Assembly: GCA_040222015.1 (NCBI GenBank)
Contig: JAVJWO010000178.1
Coordinates: forward strand, 1-64,000
Source of the DNA: Coleofasciculus chthonoplastes F2-STO-03
GTDB lineage: Bacteria > Cyanobacteriota > Cyanobacteriia > Cyanobacteriales > Coleofasciculaceae
DNA: 64,000 nucleotides
Reading direction: 5' to 3'
In this document: positions 1-8,413 of the stretch, piece after piece
Layout of the letters: each line of letters starts with the position of its first letter
How positions within the stretch are numbered: the stretch's first letter is position 1
Made by a program: the position numbers and the translations under genes
Notes under the pieces: model-generated
What the model was told of the DNA's origin: nothing
Databases searched by the model: none
What the model saw: the letters and a program-made list of their open reading frames with translations, nothing else

Positions 1-119
1 CGGTTACTTTCCAAGGGTTCTCCATCATCAAAAATTAAATCAGTGGGTGGCATTTGGGGTTCCCAATCCACCACAGGAGGTGTTGGGGAACTCTGAGTCT
101 GAGTCATTTCTGTTGACAT
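1..119 (-). CDS. Uma2 family endonuclease, 5' part (runs off the window edge)
   Basis: Manual translation gives MSTEMTQTQSSPTPPVVDWEPQMPPTDLIFDDGEPLESN, a typical cyanobacterial Uma2 N-terminus. A GAGGAG RBS lies upstream. Confidence 0.75.
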   Translation of the reverse strand, partial: MSTEMTQTQSSPTPPVVDWEPQMPPTDLIFDDGEPLESN

Positions 120-325
120 AATCCAACTCCTCAATCTGTAATAGTCTGTCCTATTATTGTATAGCGTTTCTCATAACAGGTACTTATGTGTGGGCGCAAG
201 GATGGTGCCCCTACATTTCGATTGATATACCTTACACACTTAAGGAGTAGAAACTTCCCTGGTTCCAGGAAAGTCTTTGTAGAAACGATGAAAGCTGATA
301 GCTTGAGACAGAAGACAGAGTAAAA

Positions 326-2137
326 TTGCATTTGGGTGATTATACATTGAAAACCCGTTCTCATTACTGGCAACTGTTGCCTTATCTTCGCCCTCAAGGA
401 GTTACCATTGGGCAAGCCTTAGCTTGTACTGTGGCATTTGTCGCCGTGTGGCCCCTCCTGGCTTGGCTAGCGGGGCGGATTGCGGCTTATGTGGGACAAG
501 GAAATGTGGGCGCGATCGCACAAGTTGCTGGAATTGCTGCTTTAATTTTCTTGGGTCAGAAGCTGGCACAGTATGGGCAAGACACCCTAATGGCAAAGGC
601 TGCCCTAGCTATTACTCTGGATTTGCGGAAAAATGTCTACGCCCACCTGCAAAGCCTGAGTCTTGATTACTTTGAAACGGCTAAAACCGGGGACTTATCC
701 TATCGACTCACCGAGGATATTGACCGCATTGGCGAGGTGGTAAACAAGTTCTTTCACCAGTTTGTCCCCAGCGTTTTACAGTTGGTTGCTGTCTTCGCTT
801 ATGTGATTTACTTGAACTGGCAACTTACCCTGGGTATTGTACTCATTGCCCCGTTAATGGGTCTATTAATTGGCTGGTTTGGCGAACGGATGCGCCAGTT
901 TTCTCGGCGTAGTCAAAATCGGGTGTCGGATTTATCGGCGTTACTGATTGAAGTGTTTAGTGGGATTCGGTTAATCCAAGCGTTTGCGGCTGAGGATTAC
1001 ACATTAGAGCGATTTAGTCAAGAGGCAGAAAACAATCGTCAAGCCAAGTATGCAGCGGAACGGTTAAAGGCGATTCAGTTTCCGGTGGTGGGGTTTCTGG
1101 AGGCGATGTGCCTGTTATTGGTATTTTTACTCGGGGGATGGCAAATTGCCCAAGGTAACTTAACTGGGAGTGAATTTGTTAGCTATGGTGCGGCGGTTGC
1201 TATGCTTATTGATCCGATCGCGATCGTTACCAGCAACTATAACGAGTTTAAACAGGGGGAGGCATCGGTTGATCGCATCTTTGAACTGTTTGCCATTGTG
1301 CCAACGGTGATTGAAAAAGAGGGTGCGATGACTCTACCCCCGGTTACGGGTAAAGTAGAATATCGCCAAATTAGCTTTGCCTACACTCAATCCCCAGAGA
1401 ACCCAAACAAAGACGTAGCAGGCAAAGACGCGCCATGGCACGTCTCTACAATTAAAACGCCTTGGGTGCTAAAAGACTTAAGTTTTCTTGCCCAGCCAGG
1501 AGATGCGATCGCGCTGGTTGGGGCATCGGGTGCGGGTAAAACCACCTTAGTTAATTTACTCCCCCGTTTCTACGATCCGCAAGCCGGAGAAATCCTGATT
1601 GATGGGATCAATATCCGAGACGTTACCCTAAAAAGCCTGCGGCGACAGATAGGCATTGTTCCCCAGGAAACGACTCTATTTTCCGGCACAATTGCTCAAA
1701 ATATTGCCTTTGGTCAAAAGGACTTTGACCTAGACGCTGTTCAAGACGCCGCTAAAATCGCCAATGCCCACCAATTTATTATCCAATTCTCCCAAGGGTA
1801 TCACACCTGGGTGGGAGAACGGGGAATCAACCTATCTGGAGGACAACGACAACGCCTTGCGATCGCGCGGGCGGTTCTCCTGAATCCCAGTATTCTTATC
1901 TTAGATGAAGCCACCTCTGCCTTGGATTCAGAATCAGAAGCCTTAGTTCAAGAAGCCTTAGACCGGATTATGAAAGAGCGCACCGTCTTTATTATCGCCC
2001 ATCGCCTCACCACCGTGCGCCGCGCTGACCGAATTTTAGTCATGGAACAGGGACAGATTATCGAGTCGGGAACCCATGCAGAATTATTAGAGCGAGGAGG
2101 GCGTTATGCGCGATTCTATGCACAACAGTTTACTTAG
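326..2137 (+). CDS. ABC transporter permease/ATP-binding protein (MsbA-like exporter)
   Basis: N-terminal TM domain, Walker A GASGAGKT, LSGGQRQR signature, ILILDEATS. The true start may be the TTG near 347. Confidence 0.92.
   Translation: MHLGDYTLKTRSHYWQLLPYLRPQGVTIGQALACTVAFVAVWPLLAWLAGRIAAYVGQGNVGAIAQVAGIAALIFLGQKLAQYGQDTLMAKAALAITLDLRKNVYAHLQSLSLDYFETAKTGDLSYRLTEDIDRIGEVVNKFFHQFVPSVLQLVAVFAYVIYLNWQLTLGIVLIAPLMGLLIGWFGERMRQFSRRSQNRVSDLSALLIEVFSGIRLIQAFAAEDYTLERFSQEAENNRQAKYAAERLKAIQFPVVGFLEAMCLLLVFLLGGWQIAQGNLTGSEFVSYGAAVAMLIDPIAIVTSNYNEFKQGEASVDRIFELFAIVPTVIEKEGAMTLPPVTGKVEYRQISFAYTQSPENPNKDVAGKDAPWHVSTIKTPWVLKDLSFLAQPGDAIALVGASGAGKTTLVNLLPRFYDPQAGEILIDGINIRDVTLKSLRRQIGIVPQETTLFSGTIAQNIAFGQKDFDLDAVQDAAKIANAHQFIIQFSQGYHTWVGERGINLSGGQRQRLAIARAVLLNPSILILDEATSALDSESEALVQEALDRIMKERTVFIIAHRLTTVRRADRILVMEQGQIIESGTHAELLERGGRYARFYAQQFT
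1426..1449. repeat. REP-like palindrome (GTAGAGACG..CATG..CGTCTCTAC family) inside the ABC gene
   Basis: AGACGCGCCATGGCACGTCTCTAC is related to the perfect palindrome at 14067-14098. Confidence 0.7.
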
Positions 2138-2195
2138 CTATGAATAAGAGCGATTCACGGTTGAATCCCTATCACTAAGCAAACTTGATCAACGT

Positions 2196-2386
2196 GTCCC
2201 TTGTCGTCTTCAATAATCAACAAATGGGTGGATGGATTTAGCCTGATGGTTCTCCTTTTTTCGGTAAGCCCCGACACCCGCCAAGAACTCAAGTTCTTGG
2301 CTAAAAGCTTAAGTCCATTAAAATGGACTACAATTCTTATCTAGTAAACTCGATTCTGACTTGAGATTGAGTGTCTTGGGTTTCAA
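2196..2386 (-). pseudogene. Duplicated 5' end and upstream region of the FHA gene
   Basis: About 190-bp near-identical direct repeat of 3837-4027. The start ATG is changed to AGG. Confidence 0.85.
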
Positions 2387-2468
2387 ATACATGGCTTAGT
2401 TTTCACGGTATGTGGTGCAACAAAGGGAGGTGAGTTTTGAGTGAGAGATTGGGAGATTTGTAGGTTGT

Positions 2469-2529
2469 GTAGGGGCGGGTTTCACTACTATCTTTTCGGT
2501 TTCACCAGGATGTGACTAAACCCGCCCCG
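2469..2529. repeat. REP-like element GTAGGGGCGGGTTT...AAACCCGCCC
   Basis: Inverted arms. Related copies lie near 8296-8360, 31493-31554, 40937-41010, 45989-46051 and 54977-55105. Confidence 0.8.
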
Positions 2530-3234
2530 ACTCAGGTTTATAGACTTCCCGTGAAAAGTTAGAAATACATGGAGGCGTTAATTCTCTATGCAAAGAATGA
2601 AAAGATGAAAGAATTCTTGGGGAAATTATTTACTTCTCTGTGTCCCTCACTATTCAGGCTTCTGTCTGCGTCATCCCTTCTGTATCCTCTGTGTTTTTGT
2701 CAATACTTAGTCATAATTTTTATTGTAACTTTAACAAAATACATGCGTCCAAGGGGATGTTGAGCGTAAAACGAAAACCATAAATTATACAAAGTTTTAC
2801 GAATATTCAAAGGGTTTAGCTGTGTCTAGATTATTTTTTCCCATAAAAAACCCACAATAAATAGTATACCTGAAAATCGCACACTCCTCTCACAACCGCC
2901 GTAACCCCTGAAAATTCGTAGCTTTTTCCCAAAAAGAGGTAAAAAACGAGAAATTATGACGTTTTGTTGAGACAAGACTCTGATTGAAAAATTTAAACTG
3001 TTCTGGGGGAAAGAACCGTTTAAATTATCATAACTTGACAAGTTGAGCCGAAACGACATCGAGTCAAGGGAAGCATAACAGTAGCGAAGCAGAAAGAAAA
3101 AGCCAAGGGGTATCTAGTGAATAGTAGTTATCAAAAGAAGTGCGATCGCCCAAGGATGATCGGCTCTAATTAGTCTAAAGTCCAAATTGCCGAAACCCTT
3201 GATATCCCGTAGCCTTAAATTAGTATCATTCATC

Positions 3235-3885
3235 TTAGTGTGTCTTGAAGTTACTTTTAATCGTGCGATCGCCGATGCGAATCTCCATATCATCAACGGC
3301 GGCTTCATCGGGTAAAGGGAAGATGTAGGTGGCTTCTAGGGGAGTGGCAAAAGGATTCTCAAAGGTTTGTGTTACCTCTACCCGCGAGATATTTCCCGTC
3401 ACCTTGGCTTGTACGTCGGTATGCTTCAGGGGAAAGACTAGCGGGTTTCCTTTTTCAGATTGAACGTATAAACCACCTAATTTTGGTGATGGGGATGGAA
3501 CGGTTGATTTAGTTTTCTTGGTCTTATATTTCACTCCACCTCGTTCTTCTTTCTTAACTATGTAGTATTTCGCACTAACTTGAGAACCGAAGAGGATTTC
3601 GTCCTCATCGTCAAGGTCGTGAGATTGAACTTTATGACCGTTAATTACAAGTCCTTTGGCGCTGAGTTTACCTGTGAGATTACCATCGACAATACGGTAG
3701 TATAAACTGCCGTCCTCCTGTTCTCGCCGTACTAAGGTAGCGTGTTGGCGAGACACAAATTGTGAGAACAGACGAATATCTACATCCGGATTTCTGCCTA
3801 TGGAATAAACGGGTTCCTCCAAGGTATAGAGTCTGCGTCCCTTATCGTCTTCAATAATCAACAAATGGGCGGATGGATTTAGCAT
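3235..3885 (-). CDS. FHA domain protein fused to a C-terminally truncated VIT domain
   Basis: FHA motifs IGR, SQFVSRQHA and GLVING; VIT segment PLKHTDVQAKVTGNISRVEVTQTFENP..YIFPLPDEAAV. ATG 3885 with an AGGAG RBS is preferred over the track start at 3933. Confidence 0.8.
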   Translation of the reverse strand: MLNPSAHLLIIEDDKGRRLYTLEEPVYSIGRNPDVDIRLFSQFVSRQHATLVRREQEDGSLYYRIVDGNLTGKLSAKGLVINGHKVQSHDLDDEDEILFGSQVSAKYYIVKKEERGGVKYKTKKTKSTVPSPSPKLGGLYVQSEKGNPLVFPLKHTDVQAKVTGNISRVEVTQTFENPFATPLEATYIFPLPDEAAVDDMEIRIGDRTIKSNFKTH

Positions 3886-4257
3886 GATGGTTCTCCTTTT
3901 TTCGGTAAGCCCCGACACCCGCCAAGAACTCAAGTTCTTGGCTAAAAGCTTAAGTCCATTAAAATGGACTACAATTCTTATCTAGTCAACTCGATTCTGA
4001 CTTGAGCTTGGGTGCTTTGGGTTTCAATTCAAAGTGGTTTAACAGTTTTGTCTGTATATCCTCAGCATAAGGGCGGTTTTGAGGGGAAAGTGTTCAGTCT
4101 TTGACTCACCCTTTGACTCAGTAATTGACTCAGTAGAGGTTGTGGTATCGTATCTCTACCCGATGGGGCTGATACCAAATCCGGGTTAGCCACCCCCTTT
4201 ATAATCTAGTCCGCGCAGGCGGACGAAAGTTTGTGTAGCAGCGATTTCAATCGCCTT

Positions 4258-4950
4258 GATGTAAAATCGACTTACTTTGTCGAAGTTCAATTTCAAAAAG
4301 ACGAGCAACTCTACCGACGCTTATTTGCAGAAGTATTTCTGTTTTTGAACCAAAATCCTCAGATTGTCGATTGGCGAGCCGTTGCCCTTTATCCAACGCG
4401 AAGTCAAGAGCCGACTGACACCCAACCTTATCGGGTTCTACTCAATAGCCCTCAGGTACAACGCATTTATCTTGATGAATTGGGGGACATACAGGAGTTA
4501 TCGGTAGAGGTTGGATTGGTGCGGCTCATTGTTGAACCTGAAGAACAGGCAGTGGCACAAGCGAAGCAGTTGCTCGCACGGGTACAGCAAACAGAGCCAG
4601 TGAGCTTGTCGCAAGAAGCCATAATAGAGTTAATTGAAACTATTGTGGTTTATAAATTTCCGCAATTGAGTCGGCAGGAGATTGCAGCAATGTTTGGATT
4701 GAGTGAGTTGAAGCAGACGCGAGTCTATCAGGAAGCGCTGGAGGAAGGAAGGCAACGAGAGGGAGTAGCGCTGGTTCTCCGTCAGCTCAATCGTCGAGTT
4801 GGGGTAATGAGTCCAGAACTCCAAGCAAAGGTTGAAGCGCTATCGCTGGAGCAAGTGGAAGCATTGGCAGAGGCGTTGTTGGATTTTTCTGGAGTGGAGG
4901 AGTTGGTGAGTTGGTTGGATAGGCAGGGTGAGCATCCTCCAGTGGCTTGA
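4258..4950 (+). pseudogene. Rpn-like/DUF2887 + DUF4351 protein, N-terminally truncated
   Basis: YFVEVQFQKDEQLYRRLFAE, IIELIETIVVYKFPQLSRQEI and LEALAEALLDF-type motifs are present. The usual family N-terminus is missing and repeat DNA lies upstream. Confidence 0.75.
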
Positions 4951-4958
4951 TAAAATTC

Positions 4959-5075
4959 TGCCCGGAGTTTAAACTCCGGGCTAATAGCTTAAGTCCACTG
5001 AAGTGGACTGGAAATTTTACCGAGTTCTATGCAAGAGGAGTTTTGCTACTTGCAGTGGGAGTTAATTCCCCAGCT
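4959..5075. repeat. Multi-hairpin dispersed repeat (GCTAA[T/A]AGCTT-AAGTCCA..TGGACT family)
   Basis: Hairpins CCCGGAGTTTAAACTCCGGG and AGTCCACTGAAGTGGACT. Relatives lie at about 2278-2386, 3919-4027 and 32950-33050. Confidence 0.7.
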
Positions 5076-5456
5076 CATGAGAATGCGATCACCCCTTCAC
5101 CCGCACTTCATTTCGATTGAATTAACCCACATTAGCAAGTCTTCAAGGGAGAAGGTGGGCAATGCCCACCCTACTTATAGCTTGATGAAGATTACTGGCG
5201 TGGCTTGTTTGCAGGTGGATTGCCTACAATTACTTTAACGAGGATAGCGATCGCCATAATTGTCCAAAAGGTGCTGTCACCCTGAAAAGACGGAGGCGAG
5301 AGCGGTTGCGTTGGGACTTCGGTGATAGGTTGGGCTGTAGTTTGAGTCATTCTTGTATTTCCTCGAATTTCTTACAGCTCGATCCTAAAGGCGAGTTCCT
5401 TTGAATCGGAAGGTTGAAAATGTTCCACGGGTTGAAATTCAACGGTTGAATTTTAG

Positions 5457-6407
5457 ATGTACAAGCCTAGAAAAAATATGTTATTCGGATTGGCTGTAAA
5501 ACAGTTGCTCGATGAAAAAAAACTGAGCCAGCGCCAGTTTGCAAAACAAGCAGGACTAGAACCTGCTTATGTTAGTAAGCTAGTAAATGGTAGAATCACC
5601 GAACCACGTCAGGAGACTTGTTGTAAAATTGCTAATGGTTTAGGGATTGCCCAACAAGACTTACTGGAACAAATTGCTCAATATAGTAATCCGGAAGCAG
5701 GAGAAACAGTATTCAATCCTACTGGTTCAGGTAAACGTGAAGAGGCTATCGCCAAGCCGTCCCAAGAATCAGTAGAAACCTACGCGGGTTCAGGGAAGAA
5801 TTTAATGTCATTAGCTACCAGTATGCTGGAGCAACTTAGTTTTGACGAAAAGTTTAAGAAAAATATAACCTCTTCATATACTGGGTATCGACTCAAGAAC
5901 CCTGGAGCAAGAGCTAAAAAATATCTACTTGTTTTAGCCCAACGAAAAGAGGGTCTATGTATTTCTGTATCCAAAGATGTTTTAGAGCCACATATATTGT
6001 GTCTAGAATATTATTCTTATGAAGATGAAACTCCTGATATTATCTTAGGTAAATTTTGGATTATACCTAGTAAAGAAGATATATTTTTGGCATCAATGCA
6101 AACACACTATCCCACCCTTTTAGATGGTGAAGTTACAGGTTCGTTTACACTAAATGAAAGAACTTTGCGTTTTTTTCATTGTAGTGATATCGACAACAGC
6201 ATTGATTTTATTGATTTTATCGACGACAGCATTGATTTTATTGAATCTCCTGAAGAATTTGAGGTCAATAGTTTAGGGAGCCACAATTGCTATCTTGTCA
6301 TTAACGAGGATAAACTCTTCCCTGACACTTTACAAGTGTGTATTAGCTCTAGAGAAATTCTAGAGGAGTTTATTCGTTACTTTGGAGAAATTTTAATGGA
6401 GAAATAG
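5457..6407 (+). CDS. XRE-family HTH regulator with a large uncharacterised C-terminal domain
   Basis: LSQRQFAKQAGLEPAYVSKLVNG HTH; the gene is AT-rich. Confidence 0.8.
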   Translation: MYKPRKNMLFGLAVKQLLDEKKLSQRQFAKQAGLEPAYVSKLVNGRITEPRQETCCKIANGLGIAQQDLLEQIAQYSNPEAGETVFNPTGSGKREEAIAKPSQESVETYAGSGKNLMSLATSMLEQLSFDEKFKKNITSSYTGYRLKNPGARAKKYLLVLAQRKEGLCISVSKDVLEPHILCLEYYSYEDETPDIILGKFWIIPSKEDIFLASMQTHYPTLLDGEVTGSFTLNERTLRFFHCSDIDNSIDFIDFIDDSIDFIESPEEFEVNSLGSHNCYLVINEDKLFPDTLQVCISSREILEEFIRYFGEILMEK

Positions 6408-6449
6408 TAAGATTTTTGGGAATGTAATCACTAACTATTCACTATTTAA

Positions 6450-6695
6450 TTACTCTCTCGGCGGTGCAAGATCATCCGGTAAATCCTCAATACTCCACTG
6501 CAATACCCGACAGAGTGCTTTTACCTGCGGCAGAGTTAACTTAGCTTCCTTATACCGTCCTGTCTCCCAGTTGCTAACTGTCTGCACAGACACATCGACA
6601 GCCGTAGCAACATCCCTTTGAGTTAGACCCAACTCATCTCTACGCTGCTTCAGGGGAGACTCTTGCTCTTGCCGTTGTTCTTCTGTCATGTTCAC
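6450..6695 (-). CDS. Small XRE-family HTH protein
   Basis: LGLTQRDVATAVDVSVQTVSNWETG. Confidence 0.88.
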   Translation of the reverse strand: MNMTEEQRQEQESPLKQRRDELGLTQRDVATAVDVSVQTVSNWETGRYKEAKLTLPQVKALCRVLQWSIEDLPDDLAPPRE

Positions 6696-6712
6696 ACAAA
6701 CTATCAGATGTT

Positions 6713-6979
6713 TTAATCACCATCACCGTCAGGAACACCAGTGACATCTATACCTAAAGCACTACAGACAGTCTGAATTGAAACTCCTAGCTCGCGAGCC
6801 AAAGCAACTGCCCGATCCACTCTTGGCAGTTTGACCCCATTTTCCCAGTCGTAGATCTGGCGCTCAGAAACTCCCATACGGTTTCCAAGTTCAGCTCGGG
6901 TAAGTCCCGCAGCTTCTCTGAATAGTCTTAATTGAGATTTCCCTTCGTTTGAATCAGTCATAGCGGAACTAAAATTCAT
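6713..6979 (-). CDS. Small XRE-family HTH protein
   Basis: AGLTRAELGNRMGVSERQIYDWENG. Alternative start ATG at 6961. Confidence 0.88.
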   Translation of the reverse strand: MNFSSAMTDSNEGKSQLRLFREAAGLTRAELGNRMGVSERQIYDWENGVKLPRVDRAVALARELGVSIQTVCSALGIDVTGVPDGDGD

Positions 6980-7026
6980 GAACTTTAGCTCTTGACAAGG
7001 ATAAGCAACCGGAGCTAAAGTTCATG
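6966..7026. promoter_or_regulatory. Putative operator (15-bp inverted repeat) overlapping a sigma70-type promoter
   Basis: CATGAACTTTAGCTC (6977-6991) and GAGCTAAAGTTCATG (7012-7026) flank TTGACA (6992). TAAAGT lies at 7016. Confidence 0.7.
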
Positions 7027-7130
7027 TTGTGAACAGGATATAAAGACCAGTAGGTTTAGCTGGTTCCGTCAAGTTACAGCTTAACTGGCTGGTCTTTCCC
7101 TAGTTAGTGTCTCATCTTAAACAAATATCC

Positions 7131-7442
7131 ATGAAAAAATCCAAAGCGACCGAAGCTCATCGCGTCGCCACAGACATTGCTGCCCTAAAAACCGCCCTCA
7201 AAAAACAGGGCTACATCACCCGCAAACGCCCTAAACAAGCGGCTTGGACAATTACCCCCCTCAATCACAGAGGAACTGGCAGAAACACCGAAGAGTGCTA
7301 CCTCCTAACCTACCAACCCGCCCCCATCAGCGCCTGGATACTTCATCCCAAAACCAATGAACCCCAGCGCCAAACCCTCCTCAACATCATTCAACGCACA
7401 TTAGCCAAACAACCCACCCTCACCGCCAATAAAATCTCATGA
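7131..7442 (+). CDS. Hypothetical basic protein
   Basis: Open frame (ATG 7131; track start 7107) whose stop overlaps the next start in ATGA coupling. Confidence 0.65.
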   Translation: MKKSKATEAHRVATDIAALKTALKKQGYITRKRPKQAAWTITPLNHRGTGRNTEECYLLTYQPAPISAWILHPKTNEPQRQTLLNIIQRTLAKQPTLTANKIS

Positions 7443-7651
7443 GCTACAAACAACAGCTTTTCCCTTGGTGCATTATCAATCCCCTACCCAATATGCACAC
7501 CCGCATCGTCGGACGTTTTCGCAGCCGAAGTGACGCTGAAGGACACTTGCAAGTCCTCCGCCGCATGATTCCTACCCTTTCCTTCGAGATAATGTTCGAC
7601 GTGATGCCAAAAGAAACGGATTTAGAAAACAATCCAGAGACACCCCAATGA
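7439..7651 (+). CDS. Small cyanobacterial hypothetical protein
   Basis: PWCII.PLPNM..RIVGRFRSRSDAEGHLQVL motif recognised from cyanobacterial hypothetical proteins; translationally coupled to the upstream ORF. Confidence 0.7.
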   Translation: MSYKQQLFPWCIINPLPNMHTRIVGRFRSRSDAEGHLQVLRRMIPTLSFEIMFDVMPKETDLENNPETPQ

Positions 7652-7706
7652 CTACTCTCTTTCACCGCCTCCAACCTGCCCAGAAATTCCACCGCCTCCT
7701 AACCTA

Positions 7707-8270
7707 TTACTCCAGTAGCCAATCAAACAACTCTCCCAGAGTCAGATTAAAGTCTTTACCAAATTCTGGAACGGGTAAACGTGATTCTGGTTGATCAAAA
7801 ACATCCGTTGGTCGATCTGAACGATAAACAAAGACTGACTGCTCCTTTGGATCAATAAGCCATCCCATCTTGCTTTCGTACTTCAAACAATGCAGAATAT
7901 TCTTGGTAACTTTGGTCTGGCTTTGGTCAGGCGAGAGAATTTCAATCGTCCAATCCGGCGCGATCGCAAAAACATTCGCTACCCTACCATTCTCCTGTCG
8001 GGGAATCCTCTCCCAAGTAAACACAGCAATATCCGGCACAATTGAACGTCCGCCAAATGTACACCGAAGTTCAGAAAACGCCCGGGCAATCCGCTTTGAT
8101 CTGAGGGCGGCGTTAATGGCGGGGGCTAACTCAGTTTGAATGGCGCTATGTTCTCCTTGAGGCATCGGCTTTTGGATAATTTTCCCGTCAATATACTCGC
8201 TCGCAGGTTCTGTTTCTGGCTGTTCGAGAAACTCCTCCAATGTCAGGATTTTAGTCGGTGTTTGTACCAT
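7707..8270 (-). CDS. Uma2 family endonuclease
   Basis: LTLEEFL..PETEPASEYIDG, VPDIAV, PDWTIEILSPDQ. Confidence 0.92.
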   Translation of the reverse strand: MVQTPTKILTLEEFLEQPETEPASEYIDGKIIQKPMPQGEHSAIQTELAPAINAALRSKRIARAFSELRCTFGGRSIVPDIAVFTWERIPRQENGRVANVFAIAPDWTIEILSPDQSQTKVTKNILHCLKYESKMGWLIDPKEQSVFVYRSDRPTDVFDQPESRLPVPEFGKDFNLTLGELFDWLLE

Positions 8271-8413
8271 TAAGTATCAAGCCCATAACGATTAAGGGCG
8301 GGTTTTGTTGAACAGTTATCGGCGGGGTAAGCGCATTTTAGTCCCTAAACCCGCCCCTACAATTGATAGACGTGCCATGATATGTCTCTACACGATTTAA
8401 TCTGTCTATTACC

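Noticed and set aside
5457..8270. Prophage immunity region
   Set aside because: No integrase, replication, structural genes or att repeats were seen.
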